This document shows, one piece after another, positions 39,114 through 50,135 of a stretch of 64,000 bases of DNA. Under the pieces are notes generated by a model. The model saw only the letters and a program-made list of their open reading frames with translations, was not told where the DNA came from and searched no databases. Within the stretch, counting starts at the first letter, position 1; every line of letters starts with the position of its first letter. This DNA is from Candidatus Bathyarchaeota archaeon (GTDB lineage Archaea; Thermoproteota; Bathyarchaeia; Bathyarchaeales; Bathycorpusculaceae). The position numbers and the translations under genes were made by a program. The stretch lies in NCBI GenBank assembly GCA_963768425.1, contig CAVYHV010000030.1:81902-145901 (forward strand), written 5' to 3'.

Positions 39114-39793
39114 TTGACACATAAGCCTATGATGTCGGAAGATGAAGCCCGAAAAAGACTTGATTGGCAAAACGGAGTTTACGAGATGCATCTGAAATGC
39201 AAAGAACCTGTTTCAATGAATTTCCTTGGTAAAACAATTGAAATCCCACCAAATGTTTTTTCCCCTGTACCGTGGGAACACAATCTATTGGCTAAAGCCG
39301 TTCTAAAAGAAGTAAGAGAAACAGATAGAGTTTTAGACCTGGGGACGGGAAGCGGCGTTCAGTCAATCCTCGCAGCCTCAAAATCATCTAATGTAACTGC
39401 GGTAGACGTAAATCCATTCGCGGTAGAATGCGCCAAAGCGAATGTCAACCTCAACAAATTGTCCTCGCGGATAACAGTTAAAGAAAGTGACTTATTTGAA
39501 AACGTTAAAGGAAAGTTTGACCTAATAATTTTTGACCCGCCGTTCAGATGGTTTGAACCGAGAGACATTGGGAAGGAAGCAGCGCAGACAAAGAATACCG
39601 CACTCTGAGGCTTTTCTTTGAAAAAGCAGAAAAATATTTGAACGATAAAGGAAGAATACTGATGGCTTTTGGGACGTCAGGGGACATCGTATACTTCAAA
39701 CATCTCATCAGAAAATATGGGTTTAGAAGACGGCAAATACTCAAAGAAAACAGAGTAGGCTGGACTTATTTTACCTATAGATTAACCCTTTAG
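39114..39793 (+). CDS. class I SAM methyltransferase (HemK-like), frameshift near 39575
   Basis: VLDLGTGSG, DVNP, SDLF, FDPPF; continues in another frame as ...YRTLRLFFEKA. Confidence 0.8.
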
Positions 39794-40045
39794 CCACATC
39801 ATGTCAACTAAGATTTGACTAAGCTGTCGCCAGATGCTGGGCAACTTAACAATATCGCCAAGAGCTTGGAGACCCGCTTCATCTGATCAAATTTGGGGAT
39901 AAGCAAGCGCAAGGATGTTTATTTGGAATCCATAAGGTATTTTTTGCAGGTTGATATGCGTTAATTTTAATAAAGGGATGGTGCAAGTATCCATAAAAGT
40001 AGGACAGAGCGCAGGAAAAAACAAATAGAGGGTAGTTTCTGAGAT

Positions 40046-40510
40046 TTGACTAAGCGCCAAGCTGTTTGGGTAATGACTAAAAAAGTATTCAGTCTAACCC
40101 TGATTCTAAACGCACTCATAACGATAACCACGTTGGCGGGTATCCTATACGGTTTCTATTTTGCTTGGCCCGGATGGAGACCCTATTTCCCAAATCTAAT
40201 CAGCGGCAACATCTTCATCATGGCAGTCATAGCTTCGTTCATCAATATTTTCCCAAGTGCAAGCATCGGAAGGAACTTCATACTGGTCGATTCCTATTCC
40301 ACCATTACGTCTACGGTTTCTTCGTACTATTCACTTCCAGCCATCTACGTTATAGCTTTCACTTCAGTATCTTTAGTGATGCTGTTCCTTGTGAACTCAT
40401 CAAACATGGCGGTTAACACAGGAAGATTTTTCCTCTTAACTGGGTTAACTTTGGTTCTCGACGATCTGCCCGATGTTTCAAAAGAGTCGAATCGACCCTT
40501 AACAAAATAA
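40046..40510 (+). CDS. membrane protein, multiply frameshifted
   Basis: Hydrophobic ORF; overlapping frame LHTGRFLFHHYVYGF looks like the true continuation. Confidence 0.5.
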   Translation: MTKRQAVWVMTKKVFSLTLILNALITITTLAGILYGFYFAWPGWRPYFPNLISGNIFIMAVIASFINIFPSASIGRNFILVDSYSTITSTVSSYYSLPAIYVIAFTSVSLVMLFLVNSSNMAVNTGRFFLLTGLTLVLDDLPDVSKESNRPLTK

Positions 40511-40746
40511 AATCGCAGGCTTGCCGAATACGTAGTGTTTTCATTGGCCTGCAGTTCCTAACAGGTGCCGTCACTTTCTACTAGCTCATCGCCATCCTAT
40601 CTTCAAGTTCATGCATCCATCCACAAACATAGCCAACTACTTGACAATGGGCACACTGCTGGTGACAAGCCTCACATCGTTTGCCTGCGCTAAAAGAAAA
40701 TCATTGGCTTAAAATCACTCCGCCCGACCCTAACGCGAGCCCATCA

Positions 40747-41458
40747 TTAGTTTTTCTGCTTTAGGATTTCTTTTCCAATCGTTTTCGAGCTGCTGCCGAC
40801 TGTAATGTAAGTGCTTTTTTTGGGTAATGTGGTTGGCAACTGGGGAAGCTTGAGAACCGGAACGGTGGGGTTGTTCAGACGCAGGTCGCGTGCCGGTTTG
40901 TGAAGACAACTATTCCTTCAACCCAGAATCCGTTCAGCTTCAAAGACGGGGAAGAGTCAATTATGTGTCTTATTTTGGCAGCGTTCCGTTTTACTTGCAA
41001 GCTTGGGCTGCTCTTGAAGTTGGGTTTACCTGCCCTTTGCCACACGTCGCCATGGCACGTTATCTCGCCGTTCCAGTTCTTAGTCTCTAAAACGAAAACG
41101 CCGTTTGGGCCTAAAACGATGTGGTCAATGTCTCCGCTGCTGTTGCGCAGATGTATGTCGTTTAAGAGGAGATATTCGTCGCTCAGGCTGCGGCTTAGCA
41201 GTTTGCTTACTTGTTGTTCGCCTGCCCAGCCGCCGTTGTAAATTCGGTACTTGCGCAGATAATAATAAAATGCGACTAACGGTGCAAGGGAAACAAGCAG
41301 TCCGACAAGGTCAAGAATAACCGAGGTCCAGGCGAAAACTACGCTTAAAGCCACAGCGAGATGATTAGGCGGAACAAGAAAAAGCAAAAAGTCGCTTTAG
41401 CCAGGTTCTTTCTAACTTGATTCTTCAGGTAGCTTCCTGAACCCTTCATCTTTCTCAT
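40747..41458 (-). CDS. NERD nuclease-domain membrane protein, frameshifted at both ends
   Basis: GWAGE, LLNDI, DIDHIVLGPNGVFVLETKNW. Confidence 0.85.
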
Positions 41459-41503
41459 GAATCAATCACTGAGACCTTTTCGTCTTGATGCTATATTACC
41501 TTA

Positions 41504-42799
41504 ATGCATCTTGTGATTGTCACTCACTTAAAAGAAGACAAATCTTCATGGCATTTGAGTACAATTAGCAATCTTTATAATGCGCTTATATTCAATGAAG
41601 CAAGCATGACTGTTGAAAAGGAAAAAACTGCCCATGGAAAGCTTCTTCTTCCCGCTTTAGGACTTGCAGTCTTTTCTGCTTGGCTTGTCACAGTCACTTT
41701 TGAGCTTCTCCTGATCAATATCGCCAACTCATTTCACGTTCAAGTGGGAACCGCGGGTCTTGTCGCCGCAGTTGGTTCCATGTCCGGTATCGCCGCTGGG
41801 CTGCTGTTATCTGTCATAAGCATGCGTTTCAACCACAAAATACTTTTAATGATTGGATTAGCTTGCACCGGTTTGGCAGCGGTAAACTTTTTCTTAGCAT
41901 CCACATTCGCTTGGTTATTAGCCACTAACATTGCGGTGGGAGCCGGAATAGCGTTTGCTACTTCAATGGCTTACTCGTTGATCGGGGATTTCTATCCGCT
42001 GGAAAAAAGAGGCAGAGCAATCGGCTGGATTGTCGCGTCCACAGCAATGGCGTACATCGTCGGGACTCCGATAATAGGTGTGATTGCCGGCATCAGCGGT
42101 TGGCGGGCGGTCATGATTCTTTTTGCGTTGCCAGTTCCTTTGGCAGGTCTGGTATTATCTTTTGTTGCGATTCCAAGCAAGTCAAATCAAGAAGTAGCTG
42201 CAACTAAAAGGGAACCCTTTTTGGAAGGTTGCAAACAGGCGGTCACGAACAGATCAGCGGTCGCCGCTTTATTCGTTACTATGTTCAGTATGGCTGAAGG
42301 ATCCATTAGCTTCTACGCTATCTCATATTTCAGGTCTCAATTTGCGATTACTATCGCAGTGGGTTCCATCGTGATGTTGGTCGGCAACATTTTGTCGGCT
42401 GGAGGCGGGGTCGTCGCTGGTCTATTTGTCAATCGGGTAGGTCGCAAGACTCTTGGAACATTTACTTGCTTGTTCGCGGCTTTGCTTACTTTGTCTTTCA
42501 CTTTCATGCCTACATTCAACTTGTCGTGGGGGTTGACTGCTCTTCGTTTTTGGTTCTCTGGAATGTCACTTACTGCAGGAAGCTGTTTAGTTATTGAACA
42601 GCTTCCCAGATTCCGAGGAACCATGATGTCCCTAAACACAACCTTCATGAACCTAGGCATGCTCTTGGCATCTTTCGCCGCAGCCTTTGCCCTCGACCTC
42701 TATAATTATCAAACGTTGGCTTTGATTCTCGGAGGCTTAGGCATAGTAGGCACAGTCATCTGGGTTGCACTGGTCAGGGACCCATGTAAAGCTCAGTAA
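41504..42799 (+). CDS. MFS transporter (start probably at MTVEK)
   Basis: About 12 TM; EKRGRAIG, NRVGRK, RFRGT. Confidence 0.9.
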   Translation: MHLVIVTHLKEDKSSWHLSTISNLYNALIFNEASMTVEKEKTAHGKLLLPALGLAVFSAWLVTVTFELLLINIANSFHVQVGTAGLVAAVGSMSGIAAGLLLSVISMRFNHKILLMIGLACTGLAAVNFFLASTFAWLLATNIAVGAGIAFATSMAYSLIGDFYPLEKRGRAIGWIVASTAMAYIVGTPIIGVIAGISGWRAVMILFALPVPLAGLVLSFVAIPSKSNQEVAATKREPFLEGCKQAVTNRSAVAALFVTMFSMAEGSISFYAISYFRSQFAITIAVGSIVMLVGNILSAGGGVVAGLFVNRVGRKTLGTFTCLFAALLTLSFTFMPTFNLSWGLTALRFWFSGMSLTAGSCLVIEQLPRFRGTMMSLNTTFMNLGMLLASFAAAFALDLYNYQTLALILGGLGIVGTVIWVALVRDPCKAQ

Positions 42800-42871
42800 A
42801 AACCTCAAACAAAAAAGTCTGAGTTAAAATAAAAAATATTGTTGCCTCAAAAGAGGCGGTGGTTTGTTGAG

Positions 42872-44296
42872 TTATTTCTTGTTCATCAGGTACTCATGCA
42901 TTGCTTTTGCTGCGCGTTTGCCTGCGCCCATTGCGCTGATGACTGTTGCTGCGCCTGTTGCAACGTCTCCGCCTGCGTAGACTCCGTCTAAGCTGGTTTT
43001 GCCTACTTCGTTAACGCAGATTGTTCCGTGTCTCGGGTCGCTTTGCAGTCCATCTGTGGTTCGCTGGATAATTGGGTTAGGTGTCTGACCGATGGCGATG
43101 ATTACTGTGTCAACGTCCATTGTGAACTCTGAGCCTGGGACTTCTTTTACTCCGCGTCTGCCTTTTGCGTCAGGTTCGGTTAGCTCCATCGCTATGCATT
43201 TCATGCTTTTGACCCAGCCGCTTTCGTCTCCGTAGAATTCGACTGGCGCACCGAGAAACTTGCAGACCAATCCTTCTTCTTCGGCATTTTCGACTTCTTC
43301 GTGTCTTGCGGGCAACTCAGCACGTGAACGTCTATAGAGTAAGCAAACTTCTGCGCCAAGGCGCATGCTGCTTCTTGCGCAGTCCATAGCTACGTTTCCG
43401 CCGCCGATGACAACCACGTGTTTGCCTATGCGTATTGGTGTATCGTAGTCTGGGAATTGAAATGCTTTCATTAGGTTAACGCGAATGAGGAACTCGTTAG
43501 CCGAGTATATTCCGCCTAGGTTCTCTCCGCCGCAGCCTGTGAACTGGGGTAAGCCTGCACCGCTACCGATGAATACTGCGTCGTAACCGTTTTTCATGAG
43601 TTCTGGGATGGTGTGGATTCTGCCGACGAGGTTGCCGAGGCGCAAGTCAACTCCGAGTTTCTGGATGTAGGATACTTCGTTTTGCACTATTGCTTTAGGT
43701 AAACGGAACTCTGGGATGCCATAAGATAATACTCCGCCGCCAACATGCAACGCTTCAAACATTGTGATTTCGTGACCAAGCTTTACAAGGTCAGCTGCTG
43801 CCGTTAAGCCGGCTGGACCCGCGCCTACAATCGCGACTTTTTTGCCTGTTGGTGCTTCTTTTGGGGGAAGTGCATAGCCATTATCTCTTTCCCAGTCTGC
43901 CAAGAACCGTTCTAAGCGTCCGATGCTGAGTGGTTCGCCCATTTTCCCGACGACACATTTACTTTGGCATTGTACTTCTTGGGGGCAAACACGTCCGCAG
44001 ACAGCTGGCAATGCGTTCTTTGTCTTTATCAATAGAATTGCTTGATCGTACTTCTTTTCTCTGAGAAGTTTTATGAATCCTGGGATGGGGACTTCTACTG
44101 GACATCCAGTTGTACATTGGGGCTTAGGACACTGTAGACATCGGCTTGCTTCTTCTTGTGCTTCTGCTTCGTTGTAACCTAAAGCAACTTCGCTGAAGTT
44201 TTTAGCTCGAACTTTAGGTTCTTGCTTTGCCATTTCAACGGCTTTCTTGTTTAATTTTGGTTTAGGCTTAACTTCTGCCACACTTACAACCTCCAC
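42872..44296 (-). CDS. NfnB/SudA large subunit (GltD-like NADPH oxidoreductase)
   Basis: EASRCLQC...CP, GRVCPQE, GAGPAG, GGGNVAMD, GGD; paired with an NfnA-like gene. Confidence 0.93.
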   Translation of the reverse strand: MEVVSVAEVKPKPKLNKKAVEMAKQEPKVRAKNFSEVALGYNEAEAQEEASRCLQCPKPQCTTGCPVEVPIPGFIKLLREKKYDQAILLIKTKNALPAVCGRVCPQEVQCQSKCVVGKMGEPLSIGRLERFLADWERDNGYALPPKEAPTGKKVAIVGAGPAGLTAAADLVKLGHEITMFEALHVGGGVLSYGIPEFRLPKAIVQNEVSYIQKLGVDLRLGNLVGRIHTIPELMKNGYDAVFIGSGAGLPQFTGCGGENLGGIYSANEFLIRVNLMKAFQFPDYDTPIRIGKHVVVIGGGNVAMDCARSSMRLGAEVCLLYRRSRAELPARHEEVENAEEEGLVCKFLGAPVEFYGDESGWVKSMKCIAMELTEPDAKGRRGVKEVPGSEFTMDVDTVIIAIGQTPNPIIQRTTDGLQSDPRHGTICVNEVGKTSLDGVYAGGDVATGAATVISAMGAGKRAAKAMHEYLMNKK

Positions 44297-45094
44297 GCAT
44301 TTCCCACAATATTGAACTTAACCTTTCCTCAGGCAACATAGTGCGTTGCCTCAGAATCAACTGGTCAAAATCGGTTTGGTGACCGTCAAATTCTGGTCCG
44401 TCAACGCAGCCGAACAGCATTTTGCCGCCGACTGTGACTCGGCATACCCCACACATGCCCATGCCGTCAATCATTATTGGTGTTAAGGTTACGATTGTCG
44501 GTATGCCATAGGGTTTGGTGATTTCGCTGACATCCTTCATGAGGATTACCGGACCCATTACTACGCAGCGGTCAAACTTTTCTTTTTTAAGTAAGTCTTT
44601 GAGGAAATCTAACCCTTTGTAACCGACTGATCCGTCGTCCGTTGCAAGATAAACTTTGTCACTGTAACGCTTCGCTTCGTCCTCCATCATTATGAACTCT
44701 TTTGTTCGTGCACCAAGAATCGTCGTTACGTTGTTACCTGCAGCCTTCATCGCTTTAGCTTGCAGCAGCAAAGGTGCAATCATTACGCTTCCGCCTACGC
44801 AGAGAACTTTCCGAAGTTTTTCACTTCAGATGGGTTGCCAAGTGGGCCTGTGATGTTGTCGATGCTTTCGCCTTGGTTTAGTAATCCAAGCGCTTTTGTG
44901 GTTTTGCCGACTTCATGGAACGCAAATGATACGGTTCCTTTCGCGGTGTCGTATCCAGAGATTGTCAGAGGTATTCTTTCGCCTTCTTTGCCGTTTATGA
45001 CTATTAAGAATTGTCCAGCTTGCGATTTAGCTGCTACGTCTGGAGCTTCAACTTCAAACATTTTTATTTTCGGCGCAAGTTCTTTTTTAGTCAC
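44268..45094 (-). CDS. NfnA/SudB small subunit, frameshift near 44790
   Basis: AGQF, GERIPLTI, GPLG, then TDDGS, DGMGMCGVCRV, CVDGPEF. Confidence 0.9.
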
Positions 45095-46317
45095 TATTTT
45101 GTACGTTTTGCTGTCGCCTCCACGGTTATTTCACATTTTGGCAATGCACAGATCTTTTTGTAGAAATCATCCAGTTTCTGACTGAACTCGTCAGCACACC
45201 TGGGTGACTCCTCATAAATCGTGAATCGCTCAAGCAGATTGTTCTTCTTCAACACGGTAAACAGTGCGGCCAAGTTGCGCTCTGCAGTGGCTCTTCCTTC
45301 TTGAAGCTTACAGTCTTGTGCTGAGCACACGACCGCCATTACGCCGTCGAAACCGCAGTTTAATGCATTGACCACGTGTACTGGGTCTAAAGACTTGAAG
45401 CAGGGAACTTCGAGAGTTAACACGTTTTTTCCTGCAAACACAGTGTTAGGGTTGTCTAACGCTGAGAAGTTTGACCATTGACAGACGAATGCAAGAATTG
45501 CTGGACCTTGGTTTTGAGATTTCAACTTTGCAAGTGAATCAGCGTAGCGGTCAACAACGTTTTCAAACTCGAAGCCTTTAACTTCGATAGCGTGATGTGG
45601 ACAAACCAGTTGGCATGCGCCGCAGCCGACACATTTTTCCTCGTTTATTTTCGGAGTGGCAAATGGTTCGAACTCTATTGCTTTGTATGGGCAGATGAAA
45701 ATGCATTTGTCGCAGCCGACGCATTTCTGCACATCGTAAACTGCTTTGCGAGAGAACTTTACAACCTTAACTGCATTGTCGTCGAAGCCTAACTGTTTCA
45801 GAACGTCTTTTGCTAAGACAAGCCGGCGATTATTAATTTTTGCGCCTTCTTTATTTCGGCAGAACAGATCTTCACATTGAACCGAAACAATATTTTTTAC
45901 GCCTAAATTCAGGGCTTCAAAAACAAAATCAGTAGGGACTCTTCCTGCACACGGCAAACGCAGTGCAATATAGTTGCCAACTTTTAATCCCTGCTCCTTA
46001 AAGATGTCTTGAACTTCGCCTGTTGACGGTGAGTTTCCTCGACACATCAGGACAAGGGTGTCGACGTTTTTGGTTTTTTCAAGTGCCTGTTCAACAAAGT
46101 TTGACAGGTTATCGTAGGTGTAATATTGTGATTTGATAGCTGAACTTGGACAAGCGCTGTAGCAAATACCGCAAACTTGGCAGTCTTGGCTGCTGACTTC
46201 CACTTTCCCGGCTGCATCGCGTTTTATCGCATCAAAAGGGCAAATTGACTGGCAAACGTAACATTGGCAGCACAAGTCCTGGTCGATTTCAACTACAGCG
46301 AGACATTTTTCACTCAT
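45094..46317 (-). CDS. tandem [2x4Fe-4S ferredoxin plus MvhD-like] x2 fusion protein
   Basis: Four CxxCxxCxxxCP motifs; RLPCAGRV and FVC...VPC...DP...GFDGV...C..DC segments. Confidence 0.8.
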   Translation of the reverse strand: MSEKCLAVVEIDQDLCCQCYVCQSICPFDAIKRDAAGKVEVSSQDCQVCGICYSACPSSAIKSQYYTYDNLSNFVEQALEKTKNVDTLVLMCRGNSPSTGEVQDIFKEQGLKVGNYIALRLPCAGRVPTDFVFEALNLGVKNIVSVQCEDLFCRNKEGAKINNRRLVLAKDVLKQLGFDDNAVKVVKFSRKAVYDVQKCVGCDKCIFICPYKAIEFEPFATPKINEEKCVGCGACQLVCPHHAIEVKGFEFENVVDRYADSLAKLKSQNQGPAILAFVCQWSNFSALDNPNTVFAGKNVLTLEVPCFKSLDPVHVVNALNCGFDGVMAVVCSAQDCKLQEGRATAERNLAALFTVLKKNNLLERFTIYEESPRCADEFSQKLDDFYKKICALPKCEITVEATAKRTK

Positions 46318-46649
46318 TCTGAAACCTCTTTTTATACACGCTGCTACTCTAAGCTGTTAGTTTAACGCTTATTAAAGGCTGAAAAGGGTTTCAGAATGAT
46401 ATAATCCTTTCCCCAAAAAATTATGAAATATTCAATATATTTTCCCCGCCATTATTTTCGGGTTCGACGGTTATTTTTAAGACGTGGTGTCCAAACAAAA
46501 ACTACTAGGGCATAGCAGGGACTTTTGGGACATATGTTTATGGACGTCTACTAACTTATTGCAGCCGGAGTTACTTCGATGATGCAGGATTTCTTAATAC
46601 CGAGAGGCAACAAAGGGTTATTCGAGTTGAGTTATGTTTTCTTTTCTTT

Positions 46650-47588
46650 CTATTTCCTGTAATATGGTTGTCGGATGAAGCTGTAGGCTTCGAGGGCTGC
46701 AGTGATGCCTTGACCCACTGCTGTTCCCACCTGCTTGATCGGCTGATTCGTAACATCTCCTGCGGCGAAAACACCTGAAAGATTCGTTTGCTGCTTCACG
46801 TCAACTTTAATGTAGCCATGCTCATCTGTTTCTACTCCGGCAGCTTTTGCGAGCTGACTGTTCGGGGCTTCGCCGATTTGCACGAAAACCGCATCCACAG
46901 CCAATTCACTGGTTTTACCTGTCGAATTATTCAGTAAACTTACGGTTCTGACTTGTGTGTCGCCTTTGATTTCTTGAATTTCAGTGTTCCATAGCACAGC
47001 CACGTTGTTCTTTGAGGATAGGTCTGAAACCAAACTTTCTTCAGCTCTGAAAGCTTGGCGCCTATGGATCACGTTGACTTGGGCGGCTAAACCTGAAAGA
47101 TAAAGCGTTGTTATGCAGGCTGTGTTTCCGCCGCCTACCACTAGCACTCGCTTGTTTTTAAAGAAGGGTCCGTCGCATACACCGCAGTAACTGACGCCTT
47201 TGCCTCTAAATTCTTTTTCGCCTTTAACCCCAATTTCTCGATAATGAGAGCCCGTGGAGTATATTACTGACTTAGTTTTGTAGGTTGACGCTGAGGTTTT
47301 GACGGTTTTTTCTTCGTTTTTAAGGTCCATATCCGTGACGGATTCAAGTTCGTGGATGGTGGCGCCGACTTTTCTGCAGTGAGAAGTCATTTTCTCCGCA
47401 AGTTCCCCGCCGCTGATTTCCGCAAACCCGGGGTAGTTAACAACTGTGGATGCGTCGGCTATTGTTCCTCCTGACAATTTTTCGTCTAAAATCAGGGTTT
47501 TCAGCCCGCTTCGAACAGCGTAGATTCCAGCGGACAACCCTGCGGAACCCGCGCCGATTATTATGATGTCCCAGTTCTCCATAATCAA
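46650..47588 (-). CDS. trxB: thioredoxin-disulfide reductase
   Basis: GAGSAG, GVSYCGVCDG, GGGNTA, IHRR, FAAGD. Confidence 0.93.
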   Translation of the reverse strand: MIMENWDIIIIGAGSAGLSAGIYAVRSGLKTLILDEKLSGGTIADASTVVNYPGFAEISGGELAEKMTSHCRKVGATIHELESVTDMDLKNEEKTVKTSASTYKTKSVIYSTGSHYREIGVKGEKEFRGKGVSYCGVCDGPFFKNKRVLVVGGGNTACITTLYLSGLAAQVNVIHRRQAFRAEESLVSDLSSKNNVAVLWNTEIQEIKGDTQVRTVSLLNNSTGKTSELAVDAVFVQIGEAPNSQLAKAAGVETDEHGYIKVDVKQQTNLSGVFAAGDVTNQPIKQVGTAVGQGITAALEAYSFIRQPYYRK

Positions 47589-47704
47589 GCATCTCTTTAA
47601 TTGAATAAAGTTTAGGGCGGTTTATGAATTGTTCGATTGTTTTTTGCGCCTTGCCAATAAGCTGATAAGGATGAGGTCAATTTATTTGTTGTAGACAACG
47701 TGTT

Positions 47705-49493
47705 TTGAGGTGCAGTTTTTTGGCGAGGTACAGGTGCACGGTTTGCAACTACATTTACGATGATGTTAAAGAAGGCTTGAAATTCAGCGATTTACCTAAG
47801 GAATGGGTTTGTCCAGTTTGCGGCGCGCCCAAATCATCTTTTGTTTTGTTGGCGGAGCAGGTTGAAGAGAAAAAAGCAGCGAAGAAAGAAGCTGAACACA
47901 CCGTATCTGAAGTTCTGATTAACCAGATCGCTGAATGGGGCGTTCAATATGTTTTCGGCATCCCCGGTACTTCCACCCTGGGCGTTGTTGACGCGATACG
48001 TAAAACCAACGGAAAAGTGAAGTACATCCAGGTTCGGCATGAACAGACAGCGGCGTTTATGGCTTCAGCCTACGGAAAACTAACTGGACACGTTGCTGCT
48101 TGCCTTGGTATATCCGGTCCAGGCGCAACGAACTTGGCAACGGGTTTGTATGACGCGAAGCTGGATCATGCGCCAGTTTTGGCTTTGACTGGTTTAGTGG
48201 CTAGGCAAATGATCGGCCAGGCTCAATTCAGGAGATCGATCAATACGCCTTTTTTGAGCCAATATGCGTTTTCAACAAGATTCTAATGTCTGAAGACCAA
48301 ACCACCATCGCTAGCTACTCTGGCGATTAAACATGCCCTTCTTAGACCAAGGTGTTGCACACATCGGGATTCCTAACGACGTACAGAAGCTGCCTTACGA
48401 AGCAGAGATTTTGCCGTTTGAAGGCAGAATGCCAAACCTCGCTTACGGGCAGGAAGAATGGCTAATTGAAAAGGCAGCCAAACTTGTCGACCAAGCCACG
48501 CGACCTGTGATTCTCGCTGGATTCGGCGCAAGAGGCCAAGGCACCAAACTGTTAAAGCTGGCGTCGAAGATTTCAGCGCCCATCATGGCAACCTTCAGAG
48601 CAAAAGGCGTCGTCGATGAGCATGAACAGTTGTATGTTAGCTGCCACGGCGACCTCGGTTCAACTGCTGCTGCCGAACTTATGGCTAAAGCAGATTTGCT
48701 AATAGCAATCGGCTCTTCGTTTTCAGATTTGACTCATGTTCCCCGTAAACGCACTGTGCAAATCGACATCAACCCGCTCATGATTGGACGCAGGTACCCT
48801 GTTGAGGTAGGGTTGCTTGGGAACAGCGCTGTGCTCATTCCGAAGTTGACTGCGTTGGTGCAGCAGAAACAGAATGAGGGTTACTTAGCTGAGGTTGCTC
48901 GTTTGAAGCAGGATTGGTTTAGCCAAGTGGAGAAAGAAGTTCAGGCAGATAAGAAGCCGATTAGGCCTCCGTACATAATTAAAGTTTTAAACGATAAGCT
49001 TGCTGATGACGCGGTGATTTCCTTGGATGTTGGGGAGAATTGCTGGTGGTTCGGCAGGAACTTTAGGATGCGTAAGTCACAGAAGATGGTGATGTCGGGA
49101 ACGTTGGCGACGATGGGTTTCGGGTTGCCCGGCGCATTGGCCGCTGCGTTGGCTTACCCTGGCAGGCAAATCGTGTGTTTAACTGGAGACGGTGGGTTAA
49201 CGATGGTTTTAGGCGATTTCTTAACTGCATTGAAATATCAGTTGCCCATCAAAGTTTTCGTGATCAACAATAAACGCTTGGGCATGATCATGCAAGAGCA
49301 AAAGGTTGAAGGCTACGAAAGCTGGCAAACCGACCTGTTCGACTTCAGCTTCGCCGACTTCGCCCAGCATTCAGGAGGCTTAGGCATCAAAGTCACTGAG
49401 CCAACAGAGTTGCCTGCTGCCGTTGACACCGCACTCGCCGCATCTAAACCCACAATAGTCGACATCGACACTGATCCGCGAAGATTCCCCTAA
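47705..49493 (+). CDS. rubredoxin-fused TPP enzyme (pyruvate oxidase-like), frameshifted near 48220-48330
   Basis: CTVC...WVCPVCG rubredoxin; FGIPG, VRHE, GPGATN; [11 protein letters not shown]...NN. Confidence 0.85.
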
Positions 49494-49698
49494 GGGAGAG
49501 GGATTTTTGAAGCTAAATTGAACCTGCAGGTTCAAAAAACTAGGCATTTTCCTTCATAAATGGGCTTGAATTGGGGTTGAATTTGCAAAACCAAGGCAAA
49601 AAGTGCCTGAACCTCGGTGAAAAATTGAACCAATTCAACATTGTTTCGGCGGTGAATTGAACTAAAGAGATGTTAACTTTCAGTAAAAACACGTAAAC

Positions 49699-49866
49699 CT
49701 ACAAAATAGGGTTTACGAAAAGGTTTGAATAGGAAAGAGTGTTGGAAAGAGTTTTGAATTCCATAGCGACGTCAACAACCCTTATTCTGGTTCCAGCTAT
49801 CACCGGGGAACCGCGGCAGATCTCAGAGTTTATTTGAATATGAGGATGCTCAGTCTTCGTTAACAA
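49699..49866 (-). pseudogene. truncated DUF433 antitoxin-like gene
   Basis: Manual translation (M)LTKTEHPHIQINSEICRGSPVIAGTRIRVVDV, then similarity is lost. Confidence 0.7.
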
Positions 49867-49950
49867 TTCTCGGTACCACTACAAGCTAAATCATACCCAA
49901 AGAATCTCTTAACTTTTGTCATAGCCCATACAAAGAATAGAAACAATGTT

Positions 49951-50029
49951 TGGTAGCGGGGAGTAGATTTGAACTACTGATCTCTGGGTTATGAGCCCAG
50001 CGGGTTAATCCTGGCTACCCCACCCCGCT
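49951..50029 (-). tRNA. tRNA-Met initiator (CAT)
   Basis: AGCGGGGTGGGGTAGCCAGG...CTGGG-CTCATAA-CCCAG...GTTCAAATC...CCCCGCTACCA; A1-U72, three G-C pairs in the anticodon stem, encoded CCA. Confidence 0.95.
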
Positions 50030-50135
50030 GTATGTTGTGGCGATTTGTTTTTTGTATCCTATTACGTGATTCGTCAAATATTAATAGTTTCGTTTCGTTG
50101 TTCAGCAAAAACATTTTAGTGGCGACTATACTTCT

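Noticed and set aside
39802-39823. GTCAACTAAGATTTGACTAAG as a sixth triple-box module
   Set aside because: Spacing differs from N6, and there is no third box or downstream TATA and gene; at most a remnant.
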